Numbered from the stretch's first letter, positions 37,981 through 49,046 are shown. The stretch: 64,000 nucleotides of DNA from a bacterium (GCA_965218795.1 OZ244653.1:4320001-4384000), one strand, 5' to 3'. Translations and numbers: made by a program. Notes: generated from the sequence alone by a model not told the origin.

Positions 37981-40605
37981 TCAATCCGAGACGTGGAGGG
38001 CCAAGAGGCGGCGCACATAGGCGCGTTCGTGCGCCTCGCCCGGTTCGACGTCTCCGTCCAGCAGCGCGTCGCGCGCGGTGTCCAGCAACTCCCGGTACAG
38101 AGGTCCCGGCTCCACCCCCATCGAGATGAGGTCATCCCCGCCGATCGAGGGTTTCACGTCCTTCAGATGAGTCAGGTAGAGCGAGATGTTCTTCTTCGCC
38201 TGCTGGGAGGACGCGGCGGCCAGGGCGTACAGCAGGGTTTCATGCGCCAACGGGTGCAGGATGCGGTAGACCGTGCTGGCAGCGGTCTCCGGCCGGGTGA
38301 GTTCGGCCAACAGGTTGACTACCTCCCGGCGGGCTTGTCGGGTGCGGTCCCGCAGCCGGCCCGGCATGGCCAGACGCTGACACGCGGATTCCATATCGTC
38401 CGGCGGCAGCTCCTCGCAAAGACCCAGGAGGTACACCAGCCAATCCTCGATGGGGTGTCCTGTAAACAGCAGTTTGTACCAGGCGATGGCCTGATCGATC
38501 CCCCGAAAGCGACGCCTCATGGCCGGTGTTTCGCGAAGCTTCGGGTGGATGAACCGCAGCAGCCTCAGACGGCTCAGGCGCGCAATGTACCGCCAGGGTT
38601 CGGCTTCCGACAAAATGAGCTGCAGTTCGGTGAACAGCCGCTTCCCGGACAGTCGATCGAACAGATTGTTGCGGACGGCGTTCTCCAGCAGCGAGACGGT
38701 TTGGGCGCCGATCGTCAATCCGTACCGCTCCGCGAACCGAACGGCCCGGAAGGCGCGCGTGGGGTCCTCCACGAAACTCAGGTTGTGCAGGACGCGGAGC
38801 ACCTTTTCTTTCAAGTCCCGCCGTGACCCGAAGTAGTCCAGCAGCCTCCACGCGCGGCGGCCGTTCAACTGAACGGACATGGCATTGATGGAAAAATCCC
38901 GCCGGTACAGGTCCGTCCGGATATCGCTCATCTCGACCACGGGCAGGGCGGCGGGCTGATCGTAGTATTCAGTGCGGGCCGTGGCGACGTCGATGCGTTT
39001 TCCGTCGGGAAGGGTGATGACGGCGGTCCCATAACGGGGGTGGGCCCGGCAGCGCCCTTCCTCCCCGTCGGCCAGACGGCGGGCAAAAGCAATCCCATCC
39101 CCCTCGACCACCAGATCGACATCCACGTTTTCGATGCCCAGCAGCAGGTCGCGCACGACCCCGCCCACCAGGTGAACCGTGCAGCCCAACTCATCGGCGG
39201 TCTCCGCCGCGCGCTCCAGAAGCATGAAGAGCGCGCGCGACAGCCGGTCGCGGACAAGCGTCTTGACGCCGCGTGTGTGGGGCTTGGTCCGAATTTCCTC
39301 GGTGCGGCCTTCCTCATGCAGATAGCGGAGGACGTCCCCTCGGGCGATGATTCCCTCGATCCTCATGTTTTTTCCGTTTTTCGTCAGAACCGGGATGAGT
39401 TTCTGCCGACGGCTCAGGATCATTTCGAGCGCCCGTTCGGCGGATGCCTCCGGCGCGAGGGTTTCAAAATCACGGCTCATATAGTCTCCGATCGGCTCCC
39501 GGCCGAGGCCGTGGAGGATGGCCTTCTCCACAACGGGCCGGTTGATCAGCCCGACGACGCGCTCTTTTTCCATGACCGGCAGAACATTGAGACCATAGCG
39601 GGTCATCCATTGTTCGGCATCCCGAATGGCGGCATCGGCTCGAACGGTCCGAACGGTCGTCACCATCATGTCCCGCGCGGTCCGATTCCGGTTGCGTTCC
39701 CGTCGGAGGCGTTCCAGAAGCTGATCCCGCGCCTGGAACAATGTGAGCTCCTTGATGGACGCCGAGGCGGCCGAGGGATGTCCGCCGCCGCCAAAAGCCG
39801 TCGCGACCGCCCCCGCGTCGATCTCCCGAGAACGGCTGCGGGCAACCAGCTGGATCTTGTCACCCATCCGGACCAGCAGAAAGAAGGCCTGGGCGTCGGA
39901 AGCCGAGCGAAACTTTTGGGCGACCAGGGCGATGTCGTCCACGTACTGCTCCCGCGAGGCGACGGACAGAGCGACCGGGGTTCCCGAAATCCGGATTTCT
40001 TCCGCGGATTCCATCAACTCGTGAAGGAGGGAGACCTGGGTCGAATTGAGGTCCCGTTGGAGGAGGTCGGTGACAGCGGTCGGGTCCGCTCCCCGAGACA
40101 GCAGGAAGGAGGCCGCCTCCATGTCCTCCGGCGTGGTGTTGCTCGAGGAAAAACTGCGTGTGTCCTCGTGGATGCCGAGATTGAAGAGCGTGGCCTCCTG
40201 CGAGGAGATGGGAATTTCCCGCTCCCTCAAAAGGCGGACCAGAATGGTGGTGGTGGCCCCGACGGGACGAATGTCCGCGTGAGTTGGATGTAAGTCGCAA
40301 TCCGTCTTTTCGTGATGATCGAACACGTGGATTTCCGTGCTTTTCCGATCCAGGAAAAGGGCGAGGTCGCCGAGCCGCTTCCTGGATTGGGTGTCCACGA
40401 CGATCAGTCGGCGAACCGTATCCGGAGCGATGTCTTTGAGCTTGATGATGTTCAAAGCGCATGAGTCCGACTTGAGATATTGGCGGACAGCGGCTTCCTG
40501 AGATCCCGGAAACATCAGGGAAGCCTTCGGGTAGAGCTTGCCCGCGGCGGCCATCGAGGCCAGACAGTCGAAGTCCGCGCCGATATGGGATGTAACGAGT
40601 TCCAT
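37981..40605 (-). CDS. cca: tRNA nucleotidyltransferase with DHH-DHHA1-CBS N-terminal fusion (probably A-adding type)
   Basis: HIGADFD, DHH, GGGGH, CBS pair, VGGVVRD, DVDLV, DLYRRDFSINA, EDPTR. Confidence 0.92.
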   Translation of the reverse strand: MELVTSHIGADFDCLASMAAAGKLYPKASLMFPGSQEAAVRQYLKSDSCALNIIKLKDIAPDTVRRLIVVDTQSRKRLGDLALFLDRKSTEIHVFDHHEKTDCDLHPTHADIRPVGATTTILVRLLREREIPISSQEATLFNLGIHEDTRSFSSSNTTPEDMEAASFLLSRGADPTAVTDLLQRDLNSTQVSLLHELMESAEEIRISGTPVALSVASREQYVDDIALVAQKFRSASDAQAFFLLVRMGDKIQLVARSRSREIDAGAVATAFGGGGHPSAASASIKELTLFQARDQLLERLRRERNRNRTARDMMVTTVRTVRADAAIRDAEQWMTRYGLNVLPVMEKERVVGLINRPVVEKAILHGLGREPIGDYMSRDFETLAPEASAERALEMILSRRQKLIPVLTKNGKNMRIEGIIARGDVLRYLHEEGRTEEIRTKPHTRGVKTLVRDRLSRALFMLLERAAETADELGCTVHLVGGVVRDLLLGIENVDVDLVVEGDGIAFARRLADGEEGRCRAHPRYGTAVITLPDGKRIDVATARTEYYDQPAALPVVEMSDIRTDLYRRDFSINAMSVQLNGRRAWRLLDYFGSRRDLKEKVLRVLHNLSFVEDPTRAFRAVRFAERYGLTIGAQTVSLLENAVRNNLFDRLSGKRLFTELQLILSEAEPWRYIARLSRLRLLRFIHPKLRETPAMRRRFRGIDQAIAWYKLLFTGHPIEDWLVYLLGLCEELPPDDMESACQRLAMPGRLRDRTRQARREVVNLLAELTRPETAASTVYRILHPLAHETLLYALAAASSQQAKKNISLYLTHLKDVKPSIGGDDLISMGVEPGPLYRELLDTARDALLDGDVEPGEAHERAYVRRLLALHVSD

Positions 40606-40764
40606 GAGTCTCCCGATTCGTCATTGTTGAGCGGCTTTTCAGGAATGGTCGAATCGCCGCTCCAGAATTCAGTATAGATGTCCCGTATTGATTTTCCCAT
40701 AGTCGCTCTGGGTACGTCCGGACTCGGCATGAAGAACTTTGGCGCGTGGCGTGTGAGAGTCAAA

Positions 40765-40802
40765 CGCCGACTGGCGTCCGCATTGTCCTTCCGTTCCGCT
40801 CA
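40765..40802. repeat. 38-bp dispersed non-coding repeat, copy 2
   Basis: 33/38 identical to 24392-24429. Confidence 0.75.
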
Positions 40803-41209
40803 TTCTGGAAGCCGTTCGCCGGTAGCGGTGTGGGCTGCCCGGCCCACATCCTGGAGATACGCAACGCGGCCGTAGCGGAGCATGCGCTTGTCTTGATGCT
40901 TACCTGCGCATGCAAGGCCCTCCTCGGTCACCGGGCCGTTGCCGAAGCCGCATATCTGAAAACCGGCATTGCTCCGGTCCGCACACCGGCGGCTCGAACC
41001 GCCGGTGGGATGTCGATATTCCCGCTTCGCTCGGCAACATCCGTCGGTTTCTCGAAAACCGGAACTGACCTGGAAAATAATAATCCAAATAAAATCAATT
41101 GATTACGTCAATTCTGAGCCCCAGGCAATAAATACAATGAAAAATGTTACTGACATAATCAGATGAAATTATTACATTGATTATTGTTATTGTCATAAAG
41201 GAGTGTTAT

Positions 41210-41896
41210 ATGGCTTCGAAATTTTCCTGGATACTTGATTATAAGGATTGGGAGGGCACGGCTTCGGACTTGGCACGCGTTGTGACCGAGGTGCGTGGCA
41301 GGATCGGCATATTCGATGACGACGTGACCCCCAACGAGCGTCTTATCCGGCACTATGTCCAGCAAGGCGTGCTCCAGCGTCCCGAGAGGCGCGGCAAAGA
41401 AGCGATTTTCGGATTCAGGCAGATTACGGAATTCCTGACCGCCCGAATCCTTCTCCGTGATGGCTGGCCGCTTGCCAAGGTTGCGGAATTGAATCGCGCC
41501 ATGGGTCTGGAGGCGTTGATCGACGTTCTGCCTGAGGAGCGTGATGAGGAGCGTGAGATGAACCAGGCGCAGAAGCTGGTTTCAAGGTTCCAGCAAGATT
41601 CCGCCGCTCCCCCGGCCAGTATGAGGAAGCTGGCGTCTCCGAATGTTTTACTCCGGCAATCGGTCGAGCTGACCAAGAACCGGATATCCCGCCGGGACGC
41701 GCTGGAAGCCCTGGGAAACCTTTCGGCGTCGCCCGAAAGGGACAGTCTGGTTCGCCTGGTGCTGGCTCCCTGGTGTCACGTCTACCTTGATCCGGAGGTG
41801 CTTCGCCGGCTGCCGCCCGAAACCCCCGAGCTCTTGGGGCAGGTTCTGACGCAGTGTTTGATGGATGAACGTATGCGCACAGGAGACAAAAAATGA
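41210..41896 (+). CDS. MerR-like winged-HTH protein
   Basis: ERLIRHYVQQGVLQRPERRGKEAIFG...GWPLAKV; AAGGAG RBS; AT-rich upstream region. Confidence 0.8.
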   Translation: MASKFSWILDYKDWEGTASDLARVVTEVRGRIGIFDDDVTPNERLIRHYVQQGVLQRPERRGKEAIFGFRQITEFLTARILLRDGWPLAKVAELNRAMGLEALIDVLPEERDEEREMNQAQKLVSRFQQDSAAPPASMRKLASPNVLLRQSVELTKNRISRRDALEALGNLSASPERDSLVRLVLAPWCHVYLDPEVLRRLPPETPELLGQVLTQCLMDERMRTGDKK

Positions 41897-42880
41897 ATCA
41901 ACCAGATCTTCTTCTCACCCCCCGCCGTCCCGCGTTGTTGTCCGGGTTCGACAATCAGCTGGATGTCCTGGTGCGGCTTCAGGCGCCGGCGCAGCCCGAG
42001 GGGGCGCATGCGCGTTCCCCGCTTCATCTGGCCATCGTGATCGACCGGTCGGGCTCCATGTCTGGCCCCCCTCTCGAGGAGGCCAAGCGGTGTGCCCGTT
42101 TCATGATCGAATGAGGAACTCATGATCCAGATGGCTCGCACAGGCCAGGGCAACCCCTATTACGGCCGAACGGCCGAAGATCTGATGGATCCGTTTCAGG
42201 AAGAGTTCGATTTGCTGTCGGCGCTCTGCGCGAAAGAAATACGGGTCTCGCTCTCGCCGTCTGACGGCATGACCGCAAGCGTCCTGAACGATTACGTTCA
42301 GGACGGCGACGGCTCGTATCGCCTGCCGGGTCTTGCCTATGAAGGCGAAGTCTGGGCGGTGGCGAGGGTCGCGGTGCCCGAATCCCGCGCAGACAACGGC
42401 GACGGGACCTCTCTGACGAAGGTCATGACCGTATCGGCGGGCTTTCAGGATATCGAGGGGCGAAGTCATGAGGTGAAGGCGGAATCACTGGAGCTCCCGA
42501 GCCTGTCGAGTCCTGCCTGGAACGCCGTGGCTGAAGACGAGCTTGTCGCCCGGCGCGTTGCCGAGCTTGAAGCGGCCAGAATTCAGGACGAGGCCTATGA
42601 AGCCGCGCGTTGCGACGATTGGGAAGAGGTGCGTCGGCTTCTCGCTGAAGCGCGCGAGAACGCCAAGGGCAACGAATGGCTTGGCGAGGTCGCGGACAAG
42701 CTCCAGGAACTTGCTGCCGTCAAGGATAGCGTGATGTTTCGCAAGGAATCCAGATATTCATCCGCTAAAATGAATTTTCGCCTCGCCTCGGTGAACGAAC
42801 TGGAAGAGGGGTTGGCCGGAGTGCCGCGACGAGCCTACCTGCGACGGAAATCCGAACAGGGCAAGAAGGAAAGGGGCTGA
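41893..42880 (+). pseudogene. vWA-domain gene split by an internal deletion
   Basis: First piece carries the MIDAS start (LAIVIDRSGSM) and stops at 42114. The second frame resumes at NEELMIQMARTGQGNPYY, the end of a vWA domain; the central part is missing. Confidence 0.82.
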
Positions 42881-42883
42881 TAC

Positions 42884-43405
42884 ATGAAACGAGTAGGCCG
42901 ACACTTCTTCATACTCACACTGGTCATCGGGTTGGCGTTGAGCTTCTCGGCAATCGCGTCCGCGCAAACCCACTACACCACCATACCGCAGTTGCCAACG
43001 TTGCAGAGCCCTCCGACGAGCTCCTGGCAACCGATCATTCGAGATCTCATGCGCCAGAGGCACGGGAAGGAGATGCTTCTCTGGGAAAGCATCCGGCAAA
43101 GCCAACGGGAACCCACCACCATCCCGACCCCCGGCCTTGGCGGGATCCCTGCGGAACAGCAACGAGCGTGGGAGTGGAGAGCCATCCAGAACGAGCGCAG
43201 CCGCTATGCGGAATGCGCGAAATACTCTTCGGTACTGTACCAAGATGCTGCGATCGTTCGGGAAGTAACACCTCCTTTTGCCATCCCGATCCCGACCATC
43301 AAGACGCCCCGGTTGAATCAAACTCGATTCAACCGGGGCGTCGTCTTTTCGTCTTCCACATTGGCTACGTGCTCGGCAGGATTTTTGAGGGGAGGCCGTA
43401 AATGA
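42884..43405 (+). CDS. Hypothetical secreted Pro/Thr/Gln-rich protein
   Basis: Sec signal (MKRVGRH + hydrophobic + ASA); no recognisable domain. Confidence 0.55.
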   Translation: MKRVGRHFFILTLVIGLALSFSAIASAQTHYTTIPQLPTLQSPPTSSWQPIIRDLMRQRHGKEMLLWESIRQSQREPTTIPTPGLGGIPAEQQRAWEWRAIQNERSRYAECAKYSSVLYQDAAIVREVTPPFAIPIPTIKTPRLNQTRFNRGVVFSSSTLATCSAGFLRGGRK

Positions 43406-43539
43406 CCGTTGACGAAATCCGAGCGACACGCGGGTTGATACGGCGGGTCCGGGAGCGGACCCGGCCGCGCCGCCAGCGCCTCGCCGGCGAAAGACCTTTT
43501 CGGAGCCGCCCTCGAACGAGCCGCGGCCATCGGCCAGGG

Positions 43540-43720
43540 GAGCGCGCCGGCTTCCGACAGCGAGACCCCGCCATAGGGCGTCGCCACCCCGGCGTTCCAC
43601 GGACCGCCCACGCCGTAGCCGTTCGCCGGCGCTAGGGCGCTCGCGTCGCGCGCTGACCACAGCCGGTCGGCGGAGCCCGCGTCCGCGCCCAAGGCGCGGT
43701 TCACGCAGAACAGTGGAACG
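43540..43720 (-). pseudogene. Remnant resembling the C-terminal beta-barrel of a large surface protein
   Basis: LWSARDASALAP..GYG..GVATPYGGVSLSEAGA resembles autotransporter-like C-termini; fragment only. Confidence 0.4.
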
Positions 43721-43828
43721 GAGCGTTCGGGCGGTGAGTGACAACTCGTCCATGCGGTCATGGTATCTGAACGGATACCGATACTCTAACCTCTAAGCGT
43801 TGTCCAACGACAGTTGAGTCCGAACGAT

Positions 43829-44242
43829 CTATCCTTCCGTCGCCCTTCTTTCGCGGCGCGCGATGCGCCAGTGCAGGAGGAAAAGCATCAGGGAAATCAG
43901 ACCGAAAATGATGCTGCGGATGATGCTCTGCACGCCGTCGCGCCGCTCCCGCTCCAGCGCTTCCTGAAACGCCATCTGCCGTCGTTTTGCGATTTCCGCG
44001 TCCGCGGGCAGCTCGCCGCTCCGCGGCCCGCTCTCGTCTCCGGGGAACCGGCTCCACCGGGACAGGTGCTCCCGGTAGGCATCGTCGGACTGGTAGCGTT
44101 GGTATTCGTGGGAAGGCATCATCACCTCCGGCCACGTCAGCTCGAAGATGCTGTAGATCACGACGCCCCCGGAGATGAACAGCGGGATGATCAGCAGGCC
44201 GCAGACGGCGAGAGCGTAGATGTGAAGAGCGGATCTTTTCAT
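43829..44242 (-). CDS. Hypothetical two-TM membrane protein
   Basis: GGAGG RBS; N- and C-terminal TM helices ending FLLHWRIARR. Confidence 0.75.
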   Translation of the reverse strand: MKRSALHIYALAVCGLLIIPLFISGGVVIYSIFELTWPEVMMPSHEYQRYQSDDAYREHLSRWSRFPGDESGPRSGELPADAEIAKRRQMAFQEALERERRDGVQSIIRSIIFGLISLMLFLLHWRIARRERRATEG

Positions 44243-44440
44243 GACCGGCGCACCTCCCTGGAAGGATTGAGCAAATCCACCCAATTTATAATATAACAAG
44301 AAGACGGCGAGCCGGCTTTCAGCCGGTGGATCGAGCGCGGCGGCACGATAGCGATGAGGGTTTCGGTTGAAAACCGGATTGTGCGGATTTAGATTCTTAC
44401 AATAAGAGACCTTCCCGAGAAGACCGTGTTGAGGCTGACC

Positions 44441-45766
44441 ATGAACAAAAGCCTTTCGTTGTTGGTTCAGGTATTCTTTCTACTGCTTCTCTCGGTGTCC
44501 GCCCCCTTTTTCCCCGCGGCGACTTCGCAAGAACGAACGCAGAGCCAGGACCGGACCATCCTGGTGCTGAAGGTCGAGGGCGTCATCAATCCCGCGATGT
44601 CCGAATACATCGTCAAGGGCATCGATGAGGCCCGAAAGCGAAACGCGGGGCTCATCGTTCTGCGACTGGACACGCCGGGCGGGCTGGTTTCGTCCATGCG
44701 CTCAATCATCAAGGCGATGATCGCCTCCCGGGTGCCCGTGGCCGTGTACGTGTCCCCCGGCGGCGCGCGGGCGGCCTCCGCCGGGACGTTCATCACCATT
44801 GCGTCCCATGTGGCCGCCATGGCTCCCGGGACGAATCTCGGGGCGGCCAGTCCGGTGGCGGTCAGCGGCGGGATGGATGAGACCATGAAGAAGAAGGTCA
44901 CCAACGATGCGGCGGCCTACATCCGGTCGCTGGCTCAAAAACGCGGGCGGAACGCCGACTGGGCGGAGGATGCCGTGCGCAACGGGGTCTCGATCGGCGA
45001 GACCGCGGCGCTCAACAAGGGGGTCATCGATCTGATTGCCACCGATCAGACAGCCTTCCTGCGCGCCTTGGACGGCCGCCGCGTGGCCACGGATTCGGGA
45101 GAGGTGATCCTCCGCACCCGAGGGGCGGAAATCGTGAATTGGGAGATGAGCCTGCGGCAGAAGTTGCTGGCCGTCCTCTCCAACCCGAACTTGGCGTATA
45201 TCTTGATGATGCTGGGCGTCTACGGAATCCTCTTCGAAATCATGAACCCGGGCGCCATCTTTCCGGGCGTGGTGGGGGGCATTTGCCTGATCGTGGGGTT
45301 TTACGCCCTTCAGGTTCTTCCCATCAATTACGCGGGTCTGGCCCTCATCCTCCTTGGGATCATCATGTTCATCCTGGAGGTGAACGTCTTGAGTTACGGG
45401 GCCCTGAGCATCGGGGGCGCGATATCGATGGCTCTGGGTTCGATCATGCTGATTGACTCGCCGGCTCCCTTCCTCAGGATTTCCTATTACGTCATTATTC
45501 CTGTAACGCTGTTGACGGGCGGCTTTTTTTTCTTCCTGGTGGGTCTCGGCCTGAAAGTCCAACGGAGAAAGTCCGTGACCGGCCGGGAGGGTCTGATCGA
45601 CCGGATTGGTGTTGCCCGAGGGGTGATCGATCCCGAGGGCAAGGTTGACGTGCATGGAGAGCTTTGGAACGCCCATTCGACCGAGCCCATCCAGGAGGGG
45701 GAAAAGGTCCGGGTTGTCGGGATGGATGGGCTTCGATTGGAAGTGGTAAAGGAGACCGCCTCATGA
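44441..45766 (+). CDS. nfeD: NfeD long form (ClpP-class membrane serine protease)
   Basis: LDTPGG, RAASAG, GAASPV, TM bundle, C-terminal OB domain (GELWNA). Confidence 0.95.
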   Translation: MNKSLSLLVQVFFLLLLSVSAPFFPAATSQERTQSQDRTILVLKVEGVINPAMSEYIVKGIDEARKRNAGLIVLRLDTPGGLVSSMRSIIKAMIASRVPVAVYVSPGGARAASAGTFITIASHVAAMAPGTNLGAASPVAVSGGMDETMKKKVTNDAAAYIRSLAQKRGRNADWAEDAVRNGVSIGETAALNKGVIDLIATDQTAFLRALDGRRVATDSGEVILRTRGAEIVNWEMSLRQKLLAVLSNPNLAYILMMLGVYGILFEIMNPGAIFPGVVGGICLIVGFYALQVLPINYAGLALILLGIIMFILEVNVLSYGALSIGGAISMALGSIMLIDSPAPFLRISYYVIIPVTLLTGGFFFFLVGLGLKVQRRKSVTGREGLIDRIGVARGVIDPEGKVDVHGELWNAHSTEPIQEGEKVRVVGMDGLRLEVVKETAS

Positions 45767-46545
45767 TTGAATTCGGAGTCAGCGCATGGCTTACGGTTTT
45801 GATTATCTTCGTCGCCCTGGTGTTGTTCAGCGCGATCAAGGTGATGAGGGAGTACGAACGGGCCGTGGTGTTTCGCCTGGGACGGTTTTTCCGGACCAAA
45901 GGGCCGGGTCTTTTCCTGCTCTTTCCTATCATTGATCGCATGATCCGGGTCAGCCTTCGCCTCGTGACCCTGGATGTTCCCAGCCAGGACATCATTACGC
46001 GCGACAACGTCTCGGTGAAGGTGAACGCCGTCCTCTATTTTCGAGTGATTGAACCCGATAAGGCCGTCATGGAGGTGGAAGATTTCCTCTATGCCACCTC
46101 TCAGTTGGCCCAAACGACGCTCCGGAGCGTTTTGGGCGAGAGCGAACTGGACGACTTGTTGTCGGAGCGGGAAAAAATCAACCAACAGCTTCAGGAGATT
46201 CTCGATAAGCATACGGATCCGTGGGGTATCAAGGTCACGAACGTCGAGATCAAGCACGTGGACCTTCCCAGCGAGATGCAGCGCGCCATTGCCAAGCAGG
46301 CGGAGGCCGAGCGGGAGCGCCGGGCCAAAATCATCCACGCGGAGGGCGAATTTCAGGCGTCCGGCAAGTTGGCCGAGGCCGCATCGGTTATCGGGGCTGA
46401 ACCGACGGCGCTTCAGTTACGGTTCTTGCAGACGCTCACGGAAGTTGCGACCGAGAACAACTCGACCGTGATTTTTCCCATTCCGATCGACTTGCTCAAA
46501 CCCTTCATGGAGACGAAGGGGCAGGCGGGTGACAAAACGGATTAG
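45763..46545 (+). CDS. Stomatin/slipin (SPFH) protein
   Basis: [39 protein letters not shown]; overlaps the nfeD stop. Confidence 0.96.
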   Translation: MIEFGVSAWLTVLIIFVALVLFSAIKVMREYERAVVFRLGRFFRTKGPGLFLLFPIIDRMIRVSLRLVTLDVPSQDIITRDNVSVKVNAVLYFRVIEPDKAVMEVEDFLYATSQLAQTTLRSVLGESELDDLLSEREKINQQLQEILDKHTDPWGIKVTNVEIKHVDLPSEMQRAIAKQAEAERERRAKIIHAEGEFQASGKLAEAASVIGAEPTALQLRFLQTLTEVATENNSTVIFPIPIDLLKPFMETKGQAGDKTD

Positions 46546-46836
46546 GGGGGAAGGTCAATCGCCGGGTCGCAAGGCCAGACACGGATCTGAAGTCAAGCGG
46601 AACGAGGAAAGGACGATATTTCCTGCCATCCGAAACGCCGAACCGGGGGAAATCCGGTTGCGACTGTCGATTGCTGTGCAATGCTTCCCGCCATCGACGA
46701 GCCGTGCATCATGCTGCCGTACCGAACCCATTGTGCTAGAGGTCCTACACCGCACGATATCGCGGAGCGGGAAATTCCACTACAATTCGCATGTCGCTTT
46801 GGCGCACCCAGCTAACCTTACTTCGGAGATTTGCCG

Positions 46837-47945
46837 ATGCCAATACTGAAACTACCTGTGGCCAAGGTGCAGCAGGGCGATCTGACCCTCTTCTCGACCG
46901 CGATCAAGGTCAAAGTCTTGACCCAAGAGCATTTCTACTCCGTCGAGACCTTGGATCCGAATGAGCTGGGCGACTCCTGAGTCAGGCGCGGGCCAGGAAA
47001 CTGGCAGATTACATCGTGAAGGGACAAGACCGTCAGGATGCGTTCCTGCCGACCTCGGTATTCTTGGCGACTGACAAGGCCCTCGACTTCGACCAAGCCA
47101 CAAACACCATTAGTATCAATACCGATACAATAGGGCCGTTCAGCGTTGTGGACGGGCAGCATCGCTTGGAAGGTCTAAAGATGGCCGCCAAGAAGGATGA
47201 TCGAGTGCTCGAATTCTCGGTGCCGGTTAATATCGCTGCGAACCTACCCAAACTCCATCAAATGTGTCATTTCCTGATCGTCAATACGACACAGAAGAGC
47301 GTCGACAAGGCGGTAGAACAACGAATTGTAGCTCGATTGACCGAAGCCTTGGATGTTGAAGATATCCCAAGTCTACCAAAATGGATTCTCAACGTAGTTG
47401 AGAGAGGCGAAGTGGAGAAAGCTGTTAGACTTGTAGATTTTTTGAATGCGGAATCGGACTCCCCGTGGCTTGGAAAGATAAAGATGACAAACGATTTAAA
47501 CGCCAACATGATAAATCAGAGATCATTCGTAAAGGCTATTGTCAAATATGTGTTGACTGCAAATAATCCAATAGCCGTTCTGAATGATTTCAACAAAGAA
47601 AAGAGAATATTTCTGAATTATTGGAAAGCTATTGCCGATATTATTGATGATGGAAACGCATCCGTGTTGTATATATACAACGGAGTAGAACTGTTCTGCC
47701 GATTCTCAATTCCTTTTTTTACAAAGCTCCAGAACAACGGAAAATTCACGGTGGATATAATGAAGGGGCTTCTGTCGGATTGTCTTGAGAACGTTGAGGG
47801 AGAATTCGCGGGTGTCGGGCACGCACAATGGTGGGCCAGGGGTGGAAAGGCAAGCGGACTAAACGCAGCGGCAATAGGTCAGGTGGCTCAAGAAATGACC
47901 AAGGCACTCCACAAACCATCAATGTCCGCAGATATTGAGCTATGA
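46837..47945 (+). pseudogene. DGQHR-domain (DndB/ParB-like) gene, frameshifted near the 5' end
   Basis: MPILKLPVAKVQQGDL...ETLDPNELGDS* (46837-46980) continues in another frame as LSQARARKLADYIVKG...VVDGQHRLEG...FLIVNTTQKSV. Confidence 0.85.
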
Positions 47946-48280
47946 ATGTTCAAGAGCTCAATCCTAGTCCTGAGCATCGGGAAAACTTCCGCCGTGATCG
48001 GCAACGATTCCTTCCCTCTTCTGCTGGATGCTACGTCCTTGTCTCGTTTCAGGACGTTGTGCTTTACGTGGGTCTGACCAAGGATCTGAGGCGACGCTTC
48101 GGCAATCACTTGGATGATCCGAAGAAAACATCAACGACGGACAACGGCAGAGCGGTTTTCTTCTATTGGTTTGAATGCGATGAGCTAGAGAACATAGAGA
48201 GAACTTGGCAGAACGAGTGCGAGACCGTGGACGGCGTTTTGCCGATTTTAAATAGAGTGGCGTCGCCGCTCTCCATTTGA
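47942..48280 (+). CDS. Small GIY-YIG nuclease
   Basis: GCYVL...LYVGLTKDLRRRFGNH...IE...LN; ATGA overlap with the DGQHR gene. Confidence 0.85.
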   Translation: MNVQELNPSPEHRENFRRDRQRFLPSSAGCYVLVSFQDVVLYVGLTKDLRRRFGNHLDDPKKTSTTDNGRAVFFYWFECDELENIERTWQNECETVDGVLPILNRVASPLSI

Positions 48281-48402
48281 TCGACTCTCGCGAGATTAAA
48301 GGAATTCTGGTTCCGTTTTGGCGTGCCTTACCGTGGCGGTGCTCGCAGAACGGGCAATAGATTGAGCGCACAAGGACTGGGTTACCAACGATGTTTCGAA
48401 CC

Positions 48403-48590
48403 TCACCGAGCTGTTTTCTTCGGGTTACTTGTCAATCCTCGCTGCATGGCCTCGGCGATGACGCCCCCGACCTTCTCCACCGCCTCGACGAGGTGGCCGT
48501 CGGCGAGGTGGGCATACGTCGCCGTGGTCGTGTGCCTTCGGTGCCCGAGCAGTTGGCCGACCAGGGGCAGGTTCTCGCCCGGCATGGCAG
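48403..48590 (-). pseudogene. Tyrosine integrase C-terminal remnant
   Basis: GENLPLVGQLLGHRRHTTTATYAHL (box II with catalytic Tyr); the rest of the gene is absent. Confidence 0.82.
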
Positions 48591-48708
48591 CATGGCCGGC
48601 CGCATTTTCCCGGCAATCTGAATCGACCCTGATGACTCTTCAGTCGCCTCGCTATCCTGATGGCGAAGAGCCATTGACAGGTGACTATTGACGCACTGCA
48701 TTTCATGG

Positions 48709-49046
48709 ATGATACGGAGCTTCCGACATCGCGGGCTCAGGGAGAACCGCCATGTCCATGAAGAACCCGCCGCACCCCGGCAAGGTCGTGCGTGTGTCTT
48801 GTCTGGAGCCGCTCGGTCTCAACGTCACCGAAGGCGCGAAGGTCCTTGGCGTCAGTCGCCAAGCACTGTCTAACCTGGTGAATTGTCACGCTCGTATTTC
48901 GGCCGACATGGCGGTCCGTCTCGCGAAGGCCTTCGGCTCTTACGACGGAGACCTGGATACATTTGCAGGCGGCCTACGATGTTGCGCAGGCGCAAGCGCG
49001 CGAGGATGAGATCGAGGTGGAGCGCTACGAGCCGCAACCGGCATGA
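48709..49046 (+). pseudogene. higA: Decayed higBA: 11-codon HigB stub plus frameshifted HigA
   Basis: MIRSFRHRGLR stub, then MKNPPHPG...VSRQALS...MAVRLAKAFGS; an extra T at ~48941 shifts TTETWIHLQAAYD out of frame. Confidence 0.85.

Noticed and set aside
46837-47945. Complete Dnd phosphorothioation system
   Set aside because: No dndA, dndC, dndD or dndE-like genes in the window.
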